Below, piece after piece: positions 40,999-52,820 of a DNA stretch of 64,000 nt. The position numbers were made by a program, and so were the translations under genes. The stretch covers positions 67,890,001-67,954,000 of the forward strand of contig OX597823.1 of NCBI GenBank assembly GCA_951406725.2. Direction: 5' to 3'. The first letter of the stretch is position 1. Each line of letters opens with the position of its first letter. This DNA is from Octopus vulgaris (lineage: Eukaryota). The notes below the pieces were generated by a model. That model ran no database searches. It was not told where the DNA came from and saw nothing but the letters and a program-made list of their open reading frames with translations.

Positions 40999-42224
40999 GT
41001 ATCATATTGTCCATGTTGGGTTGTCATTGGACATTTCTCCGTTTATCTGTCTATCTGTCACTCTACTAAGCTGCCTGTGTAATGAGGGATAGCAGTGGGG
41101 CTACTTGAACTTAATCTCTTCTCTTTCATCTTTATGTACTCATTACACCTGAGCATTGCTTTTTCTGTACGAACAGTCAACATTTCCTCTCTCTCCTGCT
41201 CTTCACCCCCTCACTCCAATCACTCTGTTTCCATTATCATACTCTTATTCTATCCATCCACACATCCTCTCTCTTGTACTTAGACTTAAGTTTTCATCTG
41301 CTTCTAATAATTTGGCAGTTGCACAGCGACACTATGAGATGACATAGCTGTAAACAATAATCTGGACAGCTGAATTTATTGTCTCTTATTTTCAGTGTTA
41401 TGAGTATCTTTCTTGCTAGACATCTGAATGGTGAAATCATTTTAGTACTAACATTATTAAATGAGGTGTCACTAATTATTACAATTTCCAGGTGATTATT
41501 TACTAATATTTTCAGAAGTTAAATAGATTCTGATTTTGATATTACAAACTCTGCTGGCATTGTGTATTGAGGTTACAATGTGTTGATAGGAAAATGCTTG
41601 AAGCTTTCCAACATTGAGTTATATCTTGTTTGCATTAGCTAACTTGCATATATTGTAATAAATTCCTTCTGCAACTTCTTGAAATCATTGATAATGTTAA
41701 TTGCCTATGATATTTCGGTATCATGATCATGGTTATTGAAAGTACCTGTTTTAATAATTGAGGATATATCTGAGAGAGCTATTATCAACATTAATAACAT
41801 TTCTTTTGAGATGATGACTTGGAATAGCTGACTTTGTTTTGAAATGGAATCTTTAGCTGCATCAGCTTGACTGTTGTGGTTTCAAAAGTAATGCGAATGC
41901 TCCATGATTCTATGTTGTTACAAAAGTGACCATGCTCAATATGCAAGGTAGGAATTTGTAGGAATCCCATAAAGTGTTTATAAACTGTTAACACATTAAA
42001 ATTTAAATGGCATAACAACCAGGTTGACAGTGAAAATAGACTTTTATAAGTGGAAGATGTATAGGAATAGTGAGCAGTAAGAGTACATGTGAAATAAGTT
42101 TCTTCAGATGTTTGGAAGGCTTCCTTGAAGTAGCTGAAAGCTTTTTTTTTTTTTTTTTTTAGGACACTTAGAGAGGAGGTACATGTTCTGAAATCATATT
42201 TTCTAGAAAAAGTCAATGAGCAGT

Positions 42225-42700
42225 AAAGGTTTCTCCCTCAGAGTGAAGAGTAGGTTTCTGAATGGTGTGCAATGTTGCATGGTAGTAAGTTGTGGGCATT
42301 GAATGCAGAGAATTCCAGAAAGAAATGAAGTGAGTATACACTGCTGGATTGAATATCTAATGTGTTAATGTACATGAATGATGGAACACAAATGTGTTGG
42401 AAAAAAAAATTGGATTAAAGATGACTTGGATGTAATATGTGAGAGAAGACTACCATGGTTCAAGCAAGTGATTTATATGGAGGATGACAGTGGTGTAAAC
42501 AAGTGCCTATTCTTAAAAGTACATAAAATCTGTTGCAAAGGGAGAATAAGGAAGACATTGGGTAAAGTGGTAGAAATTGATCTCAAGAAGCTGATCCTCC
42601 TGAAGAGATGACAAACTACCATAAAATGTGGTTAAACATAATGCTGTAGAAGGCATTTCAAACCCAAACAAGCATAGGAAGGTGTAAATAATGATAGTGT
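42225..42700 (+). mobile_element. Old RTE LINE 3' fragment
   Basis: ERRLPWFKQVIYMEDDSGVNKC..KGRIRKTLGKVV..DLKKL resembles the RTE ERRLRWFGHV.RM..GRPRKTW motif. Confidence 0.7.
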
Positions 42701-43416
42701 TGAAGGAAAGTTAGATGAATGATATTTACACTTAGGGCTCTCCCAAAAATTTTTTGTATTAAATCTCCATCAACTGTTCTCTCTTCTCTTCATTACTCTC
42801 TCATTTATCACTCAACTTCTTTCCTATCAATAGACTCCTGTATTATCACTCATTCTCTTTTCAATCAAACTACCTGTGTAATGAAGGATAGCATTGCATT
42901 AGTTACATCCATATTAAATCCTCCTCTTTCTGTCACCTTTCTTTATCACTAGACATCATTCTCTCCCTTATCATTCATAACTGGCATTCATCACTTTCAT
43001 TACTTCTATCACTAATCATTGTTTTCCATCACTCTCTTTTATTTCTGATATTCCTTCTTCTTTCACTCTGTTTCTTTTCACCTCTGTTTTCAACCCTCAT
43101 GCAGTTTCTATCCAATCTTCCTACCAATGATTTTCATGTAGCTGTCTTAGTCCTATCAATCCAGTTTTCCTCACTATCCTCTTACTCTAATTCTTTTTCA
43201 TCACTTTCTTTTTTATTACCCTCTCATTTATGTTGCTTCAATCCAATTTCTGTACCAACAATTGATATGTAACTGTCCAGCATTCCTTACACTCTCTTAT
43301 GATTTTAACTCAGATTTTGTTGGCACTTCTGGAGTCTTGCATGCATAGCAGTCTTGCATGCATAGCAGGCTTGCTACCTGCAGCCCATGGAACCAGGCTA
43401 TCTGTTCTTTTCAACT

Positions 43417-43447
43417 GTTATTATTATTATCATTATCATTATTATTA

Positions 43448-43481
<34 letters not shown>

Positions 43482-43575
43482 CATTATCATCATTATTATT
43501 ATCATCATCATTATTATTATTATCATTATTTTCATTATTATGATGATTATTATTATTATCATCATCATTATTATT
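43417..43575. repeat. (TTA/TCA)n compound microsatellite
   Basis: Direct observation; source of the poly-I/L/Y/N ORFs. Confidence 0.97.
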
Positions 43576-43579
43576 AACA

Positions 43580-43756
43580 TCGTGCCGGTGGCATGTAAAA
43601 GTACCCACTACACTCTCGGAGTGGTTGGCGTTAAGAAGGGCATCCAGCTGTAGAAACTCTGCCAGGTCAGATTGAAGTCTGGTTCGCCAGACCTCAGTCA
43701 AATCGTCCAACCCATGCTAGCATGGAAAGCAGACGTTAAACTATGATGATGATGAT
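43580..43756 (+). mobile_element. SINE family A 3' portion
   Basis: GAGTGGTTGGCGTTAAGAAGGGCATCCAGCTGTAGAAAC..CCATGCTAGCATGGAAAGCAGACGTTAAA-(GAT)n. Confidence 0.88.
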
Positions 43757-43831
43757 ATTATATCACTCATAAATTCCTATCATGCTGGTTCTCATTTTAA
43801 TATCCTACTATCCTCATTTCTTTCCTTCACT

Positions 43832-44078
43832 ATTGGGTGGGAAGCCTGAGTGAGAGGATGATAGAATATTGGTTTCAAATTTTGGCACAAGGCCAGCAAT
43901 TTTAGGGGGAGTGGGTATATTGATTACATTGACCCTAGCGTTTAAGAAATAAGTCCCAAAGTACCAGCTGAACATGGTGGGTGGGGATCGATGTAACCCC
44001 TGCTCTTAAAATTGCTGGCTTGTGCCAAAATTTAAAACCAATATTCTATCATTCTCTCACTCAGGCTTACCACCCAAT
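43832..44078. repeat. Inverted duplication of a SINE B tail plus its flank
   Basis: ~75-bp arms ATTGGGTGGGAAGCCTGAGTGAGAGGATGATAGAATATTGGTTTCAAATTTTGGCACAAG.. and its reverse complement ending at 44078. Confidence 0.85.
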
Positions 44079-46497
44079 TATCGTGGAAATGAATGAATGA
44101 ATGAGTGAATGGAGACACCACAGGAAAGAGAGGACATCCTTCTAGTGCTGTAAATGAATGAATGGAGACAGCAAAGAAAAGAAATGACTCTTTAAGTTTG
44201 CTAGAAACAAGGTGGTGTCACTAGTACTAGTATCATGATAAAACATACCCAGTATCTTATTCAAAGTGATTCACTGAAAAGGTATCCAGCCATAGAAGGT
44301 ATACAAAAATGGAATGCATGAATGAGATGTGGCTTGTGATTTATACTCCAAATAGGAATTGATTTCAATCCTGACAACTCATCAATCTCAGCCCAGCATC
44401 AAAAAGCATAAAAATGATGTTATGATGTGTATATATATATATATATATAGATATATAAACATGCATATACTTATGCAAACAAATATATATAGATATATAT
44501 ACACATATATATAATCTATCTATCTATTTATCTATGTGTCTGTCTGTCTTTCAGTCTGTGTCCATCCATCTGTCCATTGTCCATCTGTCTGTTTGTCTCT
44601 CTCTCTCTACCAATGTGTGTGTGTGTACACACACACACATACATGTGCATACATACACACACATACAAAGAATGAGACTTAACATGCATACTTCACTGCT
44701 CACATTAAGGAATGTGAGTGTGAAAAAGAAGAATAAACTATGTGCCTGTTAATACTGGTGTTGATGACAGCAGTTGACAATCTGATATAATCATTCTCCA
44801 ATTCCTCTGGAAATGTTCTTTGTTTAGTGTAATTAGTTGTCAGTCAGACATAAATATCGTCTAAATATGAACATAAACTATCAAATGTTTAGAATGTTAG
44901 AATAAATGCACTAATGAAGTAGTTTACACACTTAAAATATCTCGAAAGGCATCTCTATTCAACTGGTGCATGAATGGATGTAGTTGTGAATAACAAATGG
45001 CCACAATCCAGAGAAGATTTAACACTTATTGAACCTTTCAAATGCATTTTTAGATATGGTGATTGTCTCAAGTTTTCAACTTCTGCAGCTTGGTTAGCTG
45101 AATTAGTTATGTACACCACCTCATACTCACCCTTCCATGCATCACATAAAAAAAAAGCCATAATGTTTTTTATAGATTTCACTTCAGTATTTGATTATAG
45201 CTTTCGTTTTGCAAAGAATACATTTAAATGTTTTGGGAAATGTTACAAATTTTTAAAGGCAAGCCATTTCATTTTTATAATTTTATACTATATAATAATT
45301 ATAATTTTCAATTTTGGCATTTTTTTTTTTCTTCTTGTGTAATTTATGTAAAAGTGGATATAAAAGCAATACAGAAACATAATGAATAAGTTGATTGGAA
45401 ATTATTGGAAAATTAACACTAACAAATACTTTTAATAAATGTGACCTAGTTATAGAATTTTTGTATTGGTAATTATCTGCAAACCATTCCTAACATTAAG
45501 CAATTAGGAAAACTTTAAAAGGTGAAATTATAGGTTTCAGTATTTCTTTCAATGTTGCATTGTTTTTAAGAGTTGTTTACAAACCCTCAGCTCAAATTCG
45601 CCTGCAGTTTTAAAAATAGCCTTGAAAAAGCAGTAAACAAAAGAAAAAGGAAGAAGATAAGGTAAAATTTATATCCTGTTTTAATTCTTCCTTAAATTCT
45701 GAAAAGATTTTTTTTTATTTGAATATTACAGCTTTTTTAATTACATCTCAACAACACTGACTACAATAAAAGCAAGCTGAACAAAATAAGATGGGAAGAA
45801 AGAGTTAAATTACTTTCTCAAACTATTAATAACAGCAATAACAGCAAAAACTAAAGCTTCCCTCATTTATTTTATTGAAAGTGAAACCAAATATAACTTT
45901 TCTTCAGTTAGTGTGAACATATTTAATACAGTGTGAGTTAAAAAGCTAATTGGAGATAATTATGTGGCAAGTATCAAACAATATAAGTCAATAACAAATA
46001 TTTTAATTATTTCAGCAAGTACAGGAGACAACTCTGGAATATTTCAGCTTTATTATAACCTCAAAGGTAAAGCATAAAGTTCATTGTACTTGCTGAAGTA
46101 AATATACAAGGCTATGTACTGGTTGGTGTAGAAAAATAGCATTTTTAGTGGATACATACCAAGCCTAGTATACCAGACCAAAAAACATAAGGACAAACTG
46201 GTAGCAAAAACAGTTTCCTACCATGCATAGTTGATGTTATTTTGAGTACACATCTTCTCATGAAGGACTGGATCGTTATAATATTTACTATACTGGTATG
46301 GATAATTCAATTCTAACTTTGTAAGATGTTTCTGCCTCTGTCACCGCATTATCAGTCCAGTATTATTAGACAGTGGTCTTTATCAGAGGTGATTGGTAAT
46401 ATACAGAAGAATTATGTCTCTTCACAAAAAGCTACCAGGTTGTATATACATTAGCAATTAGTAACAGAAGCAGCCTTTGTGACAAATATTGATCAAC

Positions 46498-46869
46498 GCA
46501 TCCAACCTAACCTGGATGTGTTAGACTGCAGTGAATATCATGAGAAATCATCTTGTGTAGACGACAAATGCTTAAAAGCACAGATAATATCAATTGATGA
46601 TATTTCACCAGTACTGGCAGGTGGTAGTGTTGTATCACATGATTTCATAGTATTTAGAATCATCAGTAACAGACAGCCAAATATTGAATGTTGATGATCT
46701 GAAATATGGTGAAATTACATGATACATCAGTGCCATCTGTGCTGATGAAATATCAATTGATATTATCTGTTCTTTTTAGCATTTGTTGTCTACATGTGGT
46801 GATGGTTTATCAGGACATTTACTGCAGTCTGAGGTATTATAAATAACACATCCAAGTTAGGTTGGATGT
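46498..46869. repeat. ~370-bp imperfect fold-back (possible hairpin MITE)
   Basis: Arms GCATCCAACCTAACCTGGATGTGTTA..GACTGCAGTGAAT..GATAATATCAATTGAT mirrored around a ~20-nt loop near 46680. Confidence 0.85.
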
Positions 46870-47655
46870 GCTAACTTATATTCCTTTGTTTTAGTAATAT
46901 TAATTTTCTTCTTCAGCATACATTTTAATGTCTGTTATTTAGAGATACTTTGTATGTGTTCAGTTCATTGTTGTCTAAAATTTCCTTATAATATAACAAC
47001 TTCTGAAATGAATTTACCCAAAGTCCATCATCCTCCAGACACTTTTCTGAACAATAAAGACGCCTAGCATTTTAAACTACCTGAGGGATTATTTATTTAT
47101 CATCTTCATCAATGAATGAAATGTTAAAATGTGACAAATGAAATGGATTTGAATCACAAAAAAAAAAAAAAATCATGCTGAAATCAAATAAGAAATATGT
47201 AAAAGAGAATTGGAGAATTTGTCCTTATCAATATCTGTGGACTTTGGTCCAACTTTGGCTCACCGTTTTCCAATACAAGCCATATCTACTATTCCTCAAA
47301 AGATTAATCTCTCATTCCAAATCTGTATATGCATATCTGCTGTCCATATTACACATATTTCAAGTACTTTCCTAAATGTTGTGCAAGTGCTTATGTATAT
47401 TCCATATTCCTCAACACAGCACTCTGACCTGGAGATCAGCAATAATGACTTTCATATACTATACTGAAGTCTTCTCTATTCTTCTAAATCCATCTGCAGT
47501 CTCTTACTTTATCCAAAGTTTTTCAGTCATTATTAAATGTACCATCACACCCATTACAGTCCAAACCCTATGTAGTTCTGTTGCAGCTGGGTTCTCTATT
47601 GCTGTACTACAACACTTGGAGGAAATTCTTCACTGTCACCAGCCCAGAAGTATTT

Positions 47656-47656
<1 letters not shown>

Positions 47657-47728
<72 letters not shown>
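47657..47728. repeat. (CT)n(AT)n microsatellite
   Basis: Direct observation. Confidence 0.97.
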
Positions 47729-47730
<2 letters not shown>

Positions 47731-47789
47731 TAATAAATGTGACTTTTGGCCTGATTGGACTTGCGACCTGATTGGACTTTTGGTGGAGT

Positions 47790-48393
47790 CAGTTTATTCA
47801 GAGATTTGGCTGCTGGAAGATTTGCAGCTCAGCTACTGGATCAAGGAAATGGAAGCATTCAGCAAGACAGCAATGAAGACAACACTCTTCCAAATGGCTG
47901 AGGTATTTTGGTTAAAACTGTAGAAGAGTTGATTACCGAGTTTTACCTAAACATTGAACATAATTTTCAGGATCATGATTGGCTTTGTGAAAGAGCCATA
48001 CTTGCACCAAAGAATGAAGCTGTCCAGGTTGTCAATTGGAAACTTATGCAATCAATCAATACTGAGGGAAAAAATCATTTCTCAGTTGATACTGTTGTGA
48101 ACCCCAATGAGGATGTGAATTATCCTACTGAGTTTCTTAACTCTTTGGGTCTTCCTAGAATGCCTTCTCACAAACTGACATTGAAGAAAGGTGTTCCAGT
48201 CATGCTTTTGAGAAATCTGGATCTGCTAAAGCTGTGCAATGGAACAGGACTGACTGTCAAGCAAACACATCCACACCTTTTCAAAGCAACAATCCTCACC
48301 GGACAAGGAAAGGAAGAAAATTTGTTTATTCCAAGAATTCCACTGATTCCAGCAGACATGCCCTTTGAATTCAAGAGAATTCAATTTCCAGTA
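47790..48393 (+). mobile_element. Helitron Rep/Hel PIF1-like helicase fragment
   Basis: FAAQLLDQGNG..WLCERAILAPKN..YPTEFLNSL..MPSHKLTLKKGVPVMLLRNLD..KLCNGT.L..FIPRIPLIPADMPFEFKRIQFPV; truncated before the AFAMTINKSQGQ motif; in-frame stop upstream. Confidence 0.92.
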
Positions 48394-48669
48394 GGAATTA
48401 ATTTTGAATATATATATACATATAATAACATAATCACATAACCACACAGCAAACTCTCAAACTGCAGTTAGGTATTTTGATCCTTGTCAACTTTATGAAA
48501 TGGTCTTATCTATAAGCAGAACCCCTTTCATTAAACCCACTGTACTTAGTCCACAGTTTGCTTCTAATTCCACTCAACACATGGAAGAACAGAATAAAAC
48601 CTATCCTCTTAAACCCACCAGTCTTACACAGTCACCAACCAGGGCAACATTTCCGGTTACTTGAGCTCA

Positions 48670-49480
48670 ATAGAGCGAAATTTCTCAATAATGTTCCTGC
48701 TATCATCTTTAAACAGTATACTCTTGAGCTGATCTTTGTTCTCAATAAATTTCCAGCCGTCTTCCTTTATGGGTATTGATGTAAACATATGAAAACAGAA
48801 GGTACTGTGTTCTATTTTGAAGGAAGGTAACATCTCTGACGTTGTCAACAACTCCTTTGTCATTCACAGTCTCAATGTAAAGGATTGATTTAAAGATGAT
48901 TGCCTCCTTCATATCTCTTTATGTTTCTTCTCCCCCTCCTCAGTAGCTATTAATAATACTTATCATAGAGTTAGATCCTCAGGAGATCCACTATTTCACA
49001 TTAGGAATAACTTGTTTCTTGTGCCAATGAAAGAGACTCTATGTTGTCTATTAAGTTACTGCAAATTTAGTTGTCAAACTCCTCTGCCACTTTAAGAAAG
49101 AATGGTGTGGTCACAGCTGGAGCAAGTTTGATCTAAATCTGCTTAGTCAGGGCTGACCTGGGGCAAGACAACAACAATAAGTACACCTCATGAGAAAGTT
49201 ATTGTTCTTGACATTTCTAAACTGAGCAAATTTCTACTGCAACACCTGTTGGTGTGGTTCTCCCTAATCCACACTTTATCAACTCTAGTGCTTCTCAAAG
49301 CTTCAGTCATGTCTTCTGTACTCTTCTTTTTGTTTTTAATTAGACATTCCTATGCAGGTAATTTTATTCTAATCTTCTACACCAGGAATCTTCGGCATGC
49401 GATGTAGACATCTAATTCTAGATTTTGCACCATTTCCATAAATAGAAACCTTGAAAACATCCTACAATAGCAACATATAA
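48670..49480 (+). mobile_element. Highly degenerate CR1/L2/Jockey-group LINE RT relic
   Basis: NNVPAIIFKQYTLELIFVLNK (cf. DNIPAIVLK.CAPEL), SILKEGNISD..N, and INSSASQS.SVMS..LFFLF at ~49278 (cf. INSGVPQGSVLSP.LF). Confidence 0.6.
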
Positions 49481-49814
49481 CCTAGTCTTTGTATGTGGTG
49501 CCAATACATAGAGAATGTATATATCAAGAGAAAAGTCTTCTAACATTACACCTTTCTCACCCATGAATTATACACATCTGAAACACTCAAACTTATTACC
49601 TATGTCACACATTTCAATCTCCTACGACCTTTCTTGTATCCATACACCTATGACAACGTGAGACTTTTCTCAAAGGCAAGGTAAGCAAATACAAAGAACA
49701 ACAGTAGACTACCCTAGAGTTCTGCTCTCATATAAGGAATGGTGCAACTGCATTCTAACACAGATCTGGATGATTGGCAAAGATTCACTCACATTCCCAG
49801 ATTCTTTGTCAGTT

Positions 49815-50122
49815 ATGATGACAAGTGTTCCAGCTGATTTGATTAATAGAACAGCTTGCTCATGCAATTAACATGCAAGTGGCTGGGCACTCCACAGACA
49901 GGTATACCATTAATGTAGTCCTCAGGGAGATTCAGTGTGACACACTGAATGTGACAAGGCTGGCTATTTGAATTAAAGATAGAACTCATTTCTGCCAGCT
50001 GAGTGGACTGGACCAATGTGAAATAAAGTGTCTTGCCCAAGGACACAAAGCACTGCCAGGAATCAAACTGGTGGCCTTATGATTGTGAGCTTAATACCCT
50101 AACCACAAAACCACATGCCTTC
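49815..50122 (-). mobile_element. tRNA-derived SINE family D
   Basis: Minus strand begins AGGCATGTGGTTTTGTGGTTAGGGT..GTTTGATTCC..CCTTGGGCAAGACACTTTATTTCAC..CCACTCAGCTG; second copy at ~62830-62985. Confidence 0.75.
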
Positions 50123-50377
50123 ACACATTACTTACATTACAACCACAAGCATACTAATGCACTCTTCCCGTTGTCTGTCTTCTATTTCTACTGCAGTGGA
50201 ATCTGCTTCTTTTAACTAGCAAACTGTGTACTCCTTGATATACAACATTGCCTCTTGTCAGCATCACTTCAACTGTATGTCACCCACCAAACGTCACACA
50301 AAGTATTTTATTAAATCTACACCAACAGTTTATTAGTTCATTATATAAATTATAAGTAAGAAAATAATTTTTTTTAC

Positions 50378-50595
50378 CTTTCTTGTAACTGTTTTCCAGG
50401 AATAAGTCCAGCACGGAGATTGCTATCTCCTTCTTTACGTGCCTGCCACCAAAGTGGATCTTCTTGACTAACAATCTGAAGAACATCTCCCTTCTGGAAA
50501 GGAAGACCTGCTTCTGGGCAAGGAATAATGGGGTCATCAAAGGGATCATAATCAAATAGAGCTCGAAGTCTTATTTGAGTTGAACGATAATATGG
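50378..50595 (-). CDS. MPP7: Internal coding exon: SH3 domain of a MAGUK p55 subfamily protein (MPP7/MPP3-like)
   Basis: Acceptor TTCTCTTTATTTTTCAG| (phase 0), donor AG|GTAAAA (phase 2). Peptide [72 protein letters not shown](R) has the p55-type IPC.EAGL.F insert and the D.N.RAGLIP signature of MPP3/MPP7. The gene symbol is a best-match assignment from memory. Confidence 0.9.
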
Positions 50596-50884
50596 CTGAA
50601 AAATAAAGAGAATAATCACGGATCAATTAAGCTTTTATTCACACTAAAATAAGCTAGATAATTTTATTTAAATCTAACAAGAAATTTGATTTTGTTGGAT
50701 TTTGAACTTTTAGATGAAAATAGAGGCAACATCTATTTCTATCATATTGAGCAAAACAGACCCACAATTAATTCCTTTTTTTTTCTAGAAAATGTTGAAT
50801 ATTTTTTATGTTTATGTATTTGATTTGCAAGATTTTTGATGTGAAATTGTGTATTGAAACAGATATTGTTATATTTGGTGATAG

Positions 50885-51179
50885 TCATATTTTACCAATT
50901 AAACACACATGCATAATATGTTTGGTCTTCACTTCAGCTTTATTATCATTATTTTACTTTCTTTGTCAAAACTCAATTGTCACATATCCTGCGACCTCTT
51001 CAGTGACTCTTTATCCCATATGTCCCAAGCAGAACAAGAAAAGACACATTGGATTAAATGTCATTGAAGAGGTCACAGGATGTATGACAAAAGAGCTTTG
51101 ACAAAGAAAATAAAATGATACTAATAAAGTTGAAGTGAAGACCAATATAAAGTACATATGTTTAATTGGCAAAATATGA
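50885..51179. repeat. ~295-bp imperfect fold-back
   Basis: Arms 50885-51007 and 51060-51179 (e.g. TTGGTCTTCACTTCAGCTTTATTA / TAATAAAGTTGAAGTGAAGACCAA), ~52-nt spacer. Confidence 0.88.
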
Positions 51180-51675
51180 TCATCCTCACTAATTTATTAA
51201 AAACAAAATGATCATTTTTTTTTTATGATTTAGTAAGCAGTAGAGGGACAGTGCCCATGACTTTTTTCTGAGACTGTTGGTACAAGGAGAAGAAGAAACC
51301 ATGATTTACAGGTTGTTGCAGTAAGAAACAGCTCATCAGAGATCTGTTCTGAATGCTTACAAGAAATTGAACAGTGAAAGGTACTCCATAGGCCAGTGGT
51401 GGAGTTAAAACCAAGTAAAGATTAAATCTAATGTCTTAGAACATGTTAAGTCAATCCAACTATTGACAAAATGCAATGGTAAAATAGACATGCTCAAGAT
51501 GCCACATGGTAGGTCCAAGTCAGGAATCATATGAACCTGAAACAAACTTCTTAAAACCTACCTTAGACCTCCCTTAGTTCTATGATGCAAACTTCCTGTT
51601 TTAAAGTGATCTAAATAAAAACCTTCCATCAACATTTTATGTTAATTCATGTTCCATGCACCAGTTTAATAATGA

Positions 51676-52076
51676 TTTTAAATTTTGGCACAAGGCCAGC
51701 AAGTTCGTGGGAGGGGGTAAATTGTTTACAGTGACCTGAGTGTTCCACTGGTACTTGCTTTATTAACCCTGAAGGGATGAAAGGCAAAGTTAACCTCAGC
51801 AGAATTTGAACTCAGAAAGTACAGATGAATGAAATGTTGCTATGCATTTTGCCTGGCATGCTAATAATTCTACCAGCTCACCACCTTAAATACCAGTTTA
51901 ATAATCCTTTCTTCTATTGGCACAAGGCCTGACATTTTGTGGGAGGGGGCCAGTTGATTAAAAGGATGAAAGGCAAAGCTGACCTTGGTGGAATTTGAAC
52001 TCAGAATGTAGCAATGGGTGAAATACCGCTAAGCATTTCATCCAGTATGCTAATGATTCTGCCAGCTTGCCACCTT
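51676..52076 (-). mobile_element. Two tandem SINE family B copies
   Basis: Each has GGATGAAAGGCAAAG..GAATTTGAACTCAGAA..CCAGCT..CCACCTT; separated and flanked by CCAGTTTAATAAT-like repeats. Confidence 0.85.
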
Positions 52077-52420
52077 GAATATCAGTTTGATAATGGCAGT
52101 TATTTTACTAAATTCTTCATTTTTCAAATTAATTGAAACAAAAGTTGTGTTTCTCAACAGAAATATGGCAACTAACATAGGATCAAAACATGCAGCAAAT
52201 ATATTGTTTGTCCTGAGATTAAAATTATTATTTCCTTTTGTTTACTTAGTTGGAATACTATGTTAGACATTAGCCAAAAGAAGAACATCTATGTAGTCAT
52301 TTGACTTATGAGTATTAGCAACCAAATTTTTCTTACCCTACCATTCAGACTATGCTGCCAACAGTAATGCTTATTTATTTTCATTGTTTTGAATTATTTG
52401 TCCTCATCTTGTTTGTTGTT

Positions 52421-52466
52421 GACACAACGTTTTGGCTGATATACCTTCCAGCCTTCTTCAGGTGTC
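52421..52466 (-). ncRNA. Minimal type I hammerhead ribozyme relic (G12 to A)
   Basis: GACAC-CTGAAGA-A-GGCTG-[10 nt]-CAGCC-(A)AAAC-GTT-GTGTC: 5-bp stem I, 5-bp stem II, loopless palindromic stem III (ACGT), GUU cleavage triplet; GAAA reads AAAA, consistent with CpG decay. Confidence 0.75.
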
Positions 52467-52513
52467 TTGGGGAAATTTCGAACATGGGTTCTCATTCCTA
52501 AGGTATTTTTGGA

Positions 52514-52547
<34 letters not shown>

Positions 52548-52633
52548 GTTGGTGTTCAGGTCACTGCTTGGAATCGAACTTGGAATCTTGGGGTTAGTAC
52601 CCCACACTCTTAACCACTATGCCATATTCCCGT

Positions 52634-52706
52634 GGGCATATGGTGTAGTGGTTATGAGCATGGGCTACTAACCCCAAGATTCCAAGTTCGATTCCAGGTA
52701 GTGACC
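52634..52706 (+). pseudogene. tRNA-derived (Arg-ACG-like) Pol III cassette, not a functional tRNA
   Basis: A box TGGTGTAGTGG, anticodon-like arm GGGCTACTAACCC, AAGATTCC variable region, B box GTTCGATTCC; poor acceptor stem; mirror copies at ~52558-52630 and ~54697-54770. Confidence 0.75.
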
Positions 52707-52777
52707 TGGATAATAATAATAATAACAACATCGAAAAATACCTTAGGAATGAGAACCCAGGTTCAAAATTTCCCCAA

Positions 52778-52820
52778 GACACCTGAAGAAGGCTGGAGGG
52801 TATAGCAGCCAAAACGTGTT
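52778..52820 (+). ncRNA. Hammerhead relic, copy 2
   Basis: GACAC-CTGAAGA-A-GGCTG..CAGCC-AAAACGTGTT; G12 lost and a 3-nt deletion at the cleavage site. Confidence 0.6.

Noticed and set aside
43299-43710. Poly-I/L/Y/N ORFs in several frames
   Set aside because: Translations of a (TTA/TCA)n microsatellite; the same applies to YI/HT/CV-repeat ORFs at 24284-24569, 28033-28264, 53584-53872 and 60274-60519.
44955-45182. ORF with GEY and a GTGAGT donor-like site
   Set aside because: No GUK-like context (F.E.GE..GNLYGT) and no acceptor supporting an exon.
47908-48441. Host PIF1 helicase gene
   Set aside because: Helitron-type motifs, an upstream in-frame stop, truncation before motif V and no splice structure.
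52634-52706. Functional tRNA with ACT anticodon
   Set aside because: The acceptor and T stems pair poorly and it is embedded in a repeated retroelement module.
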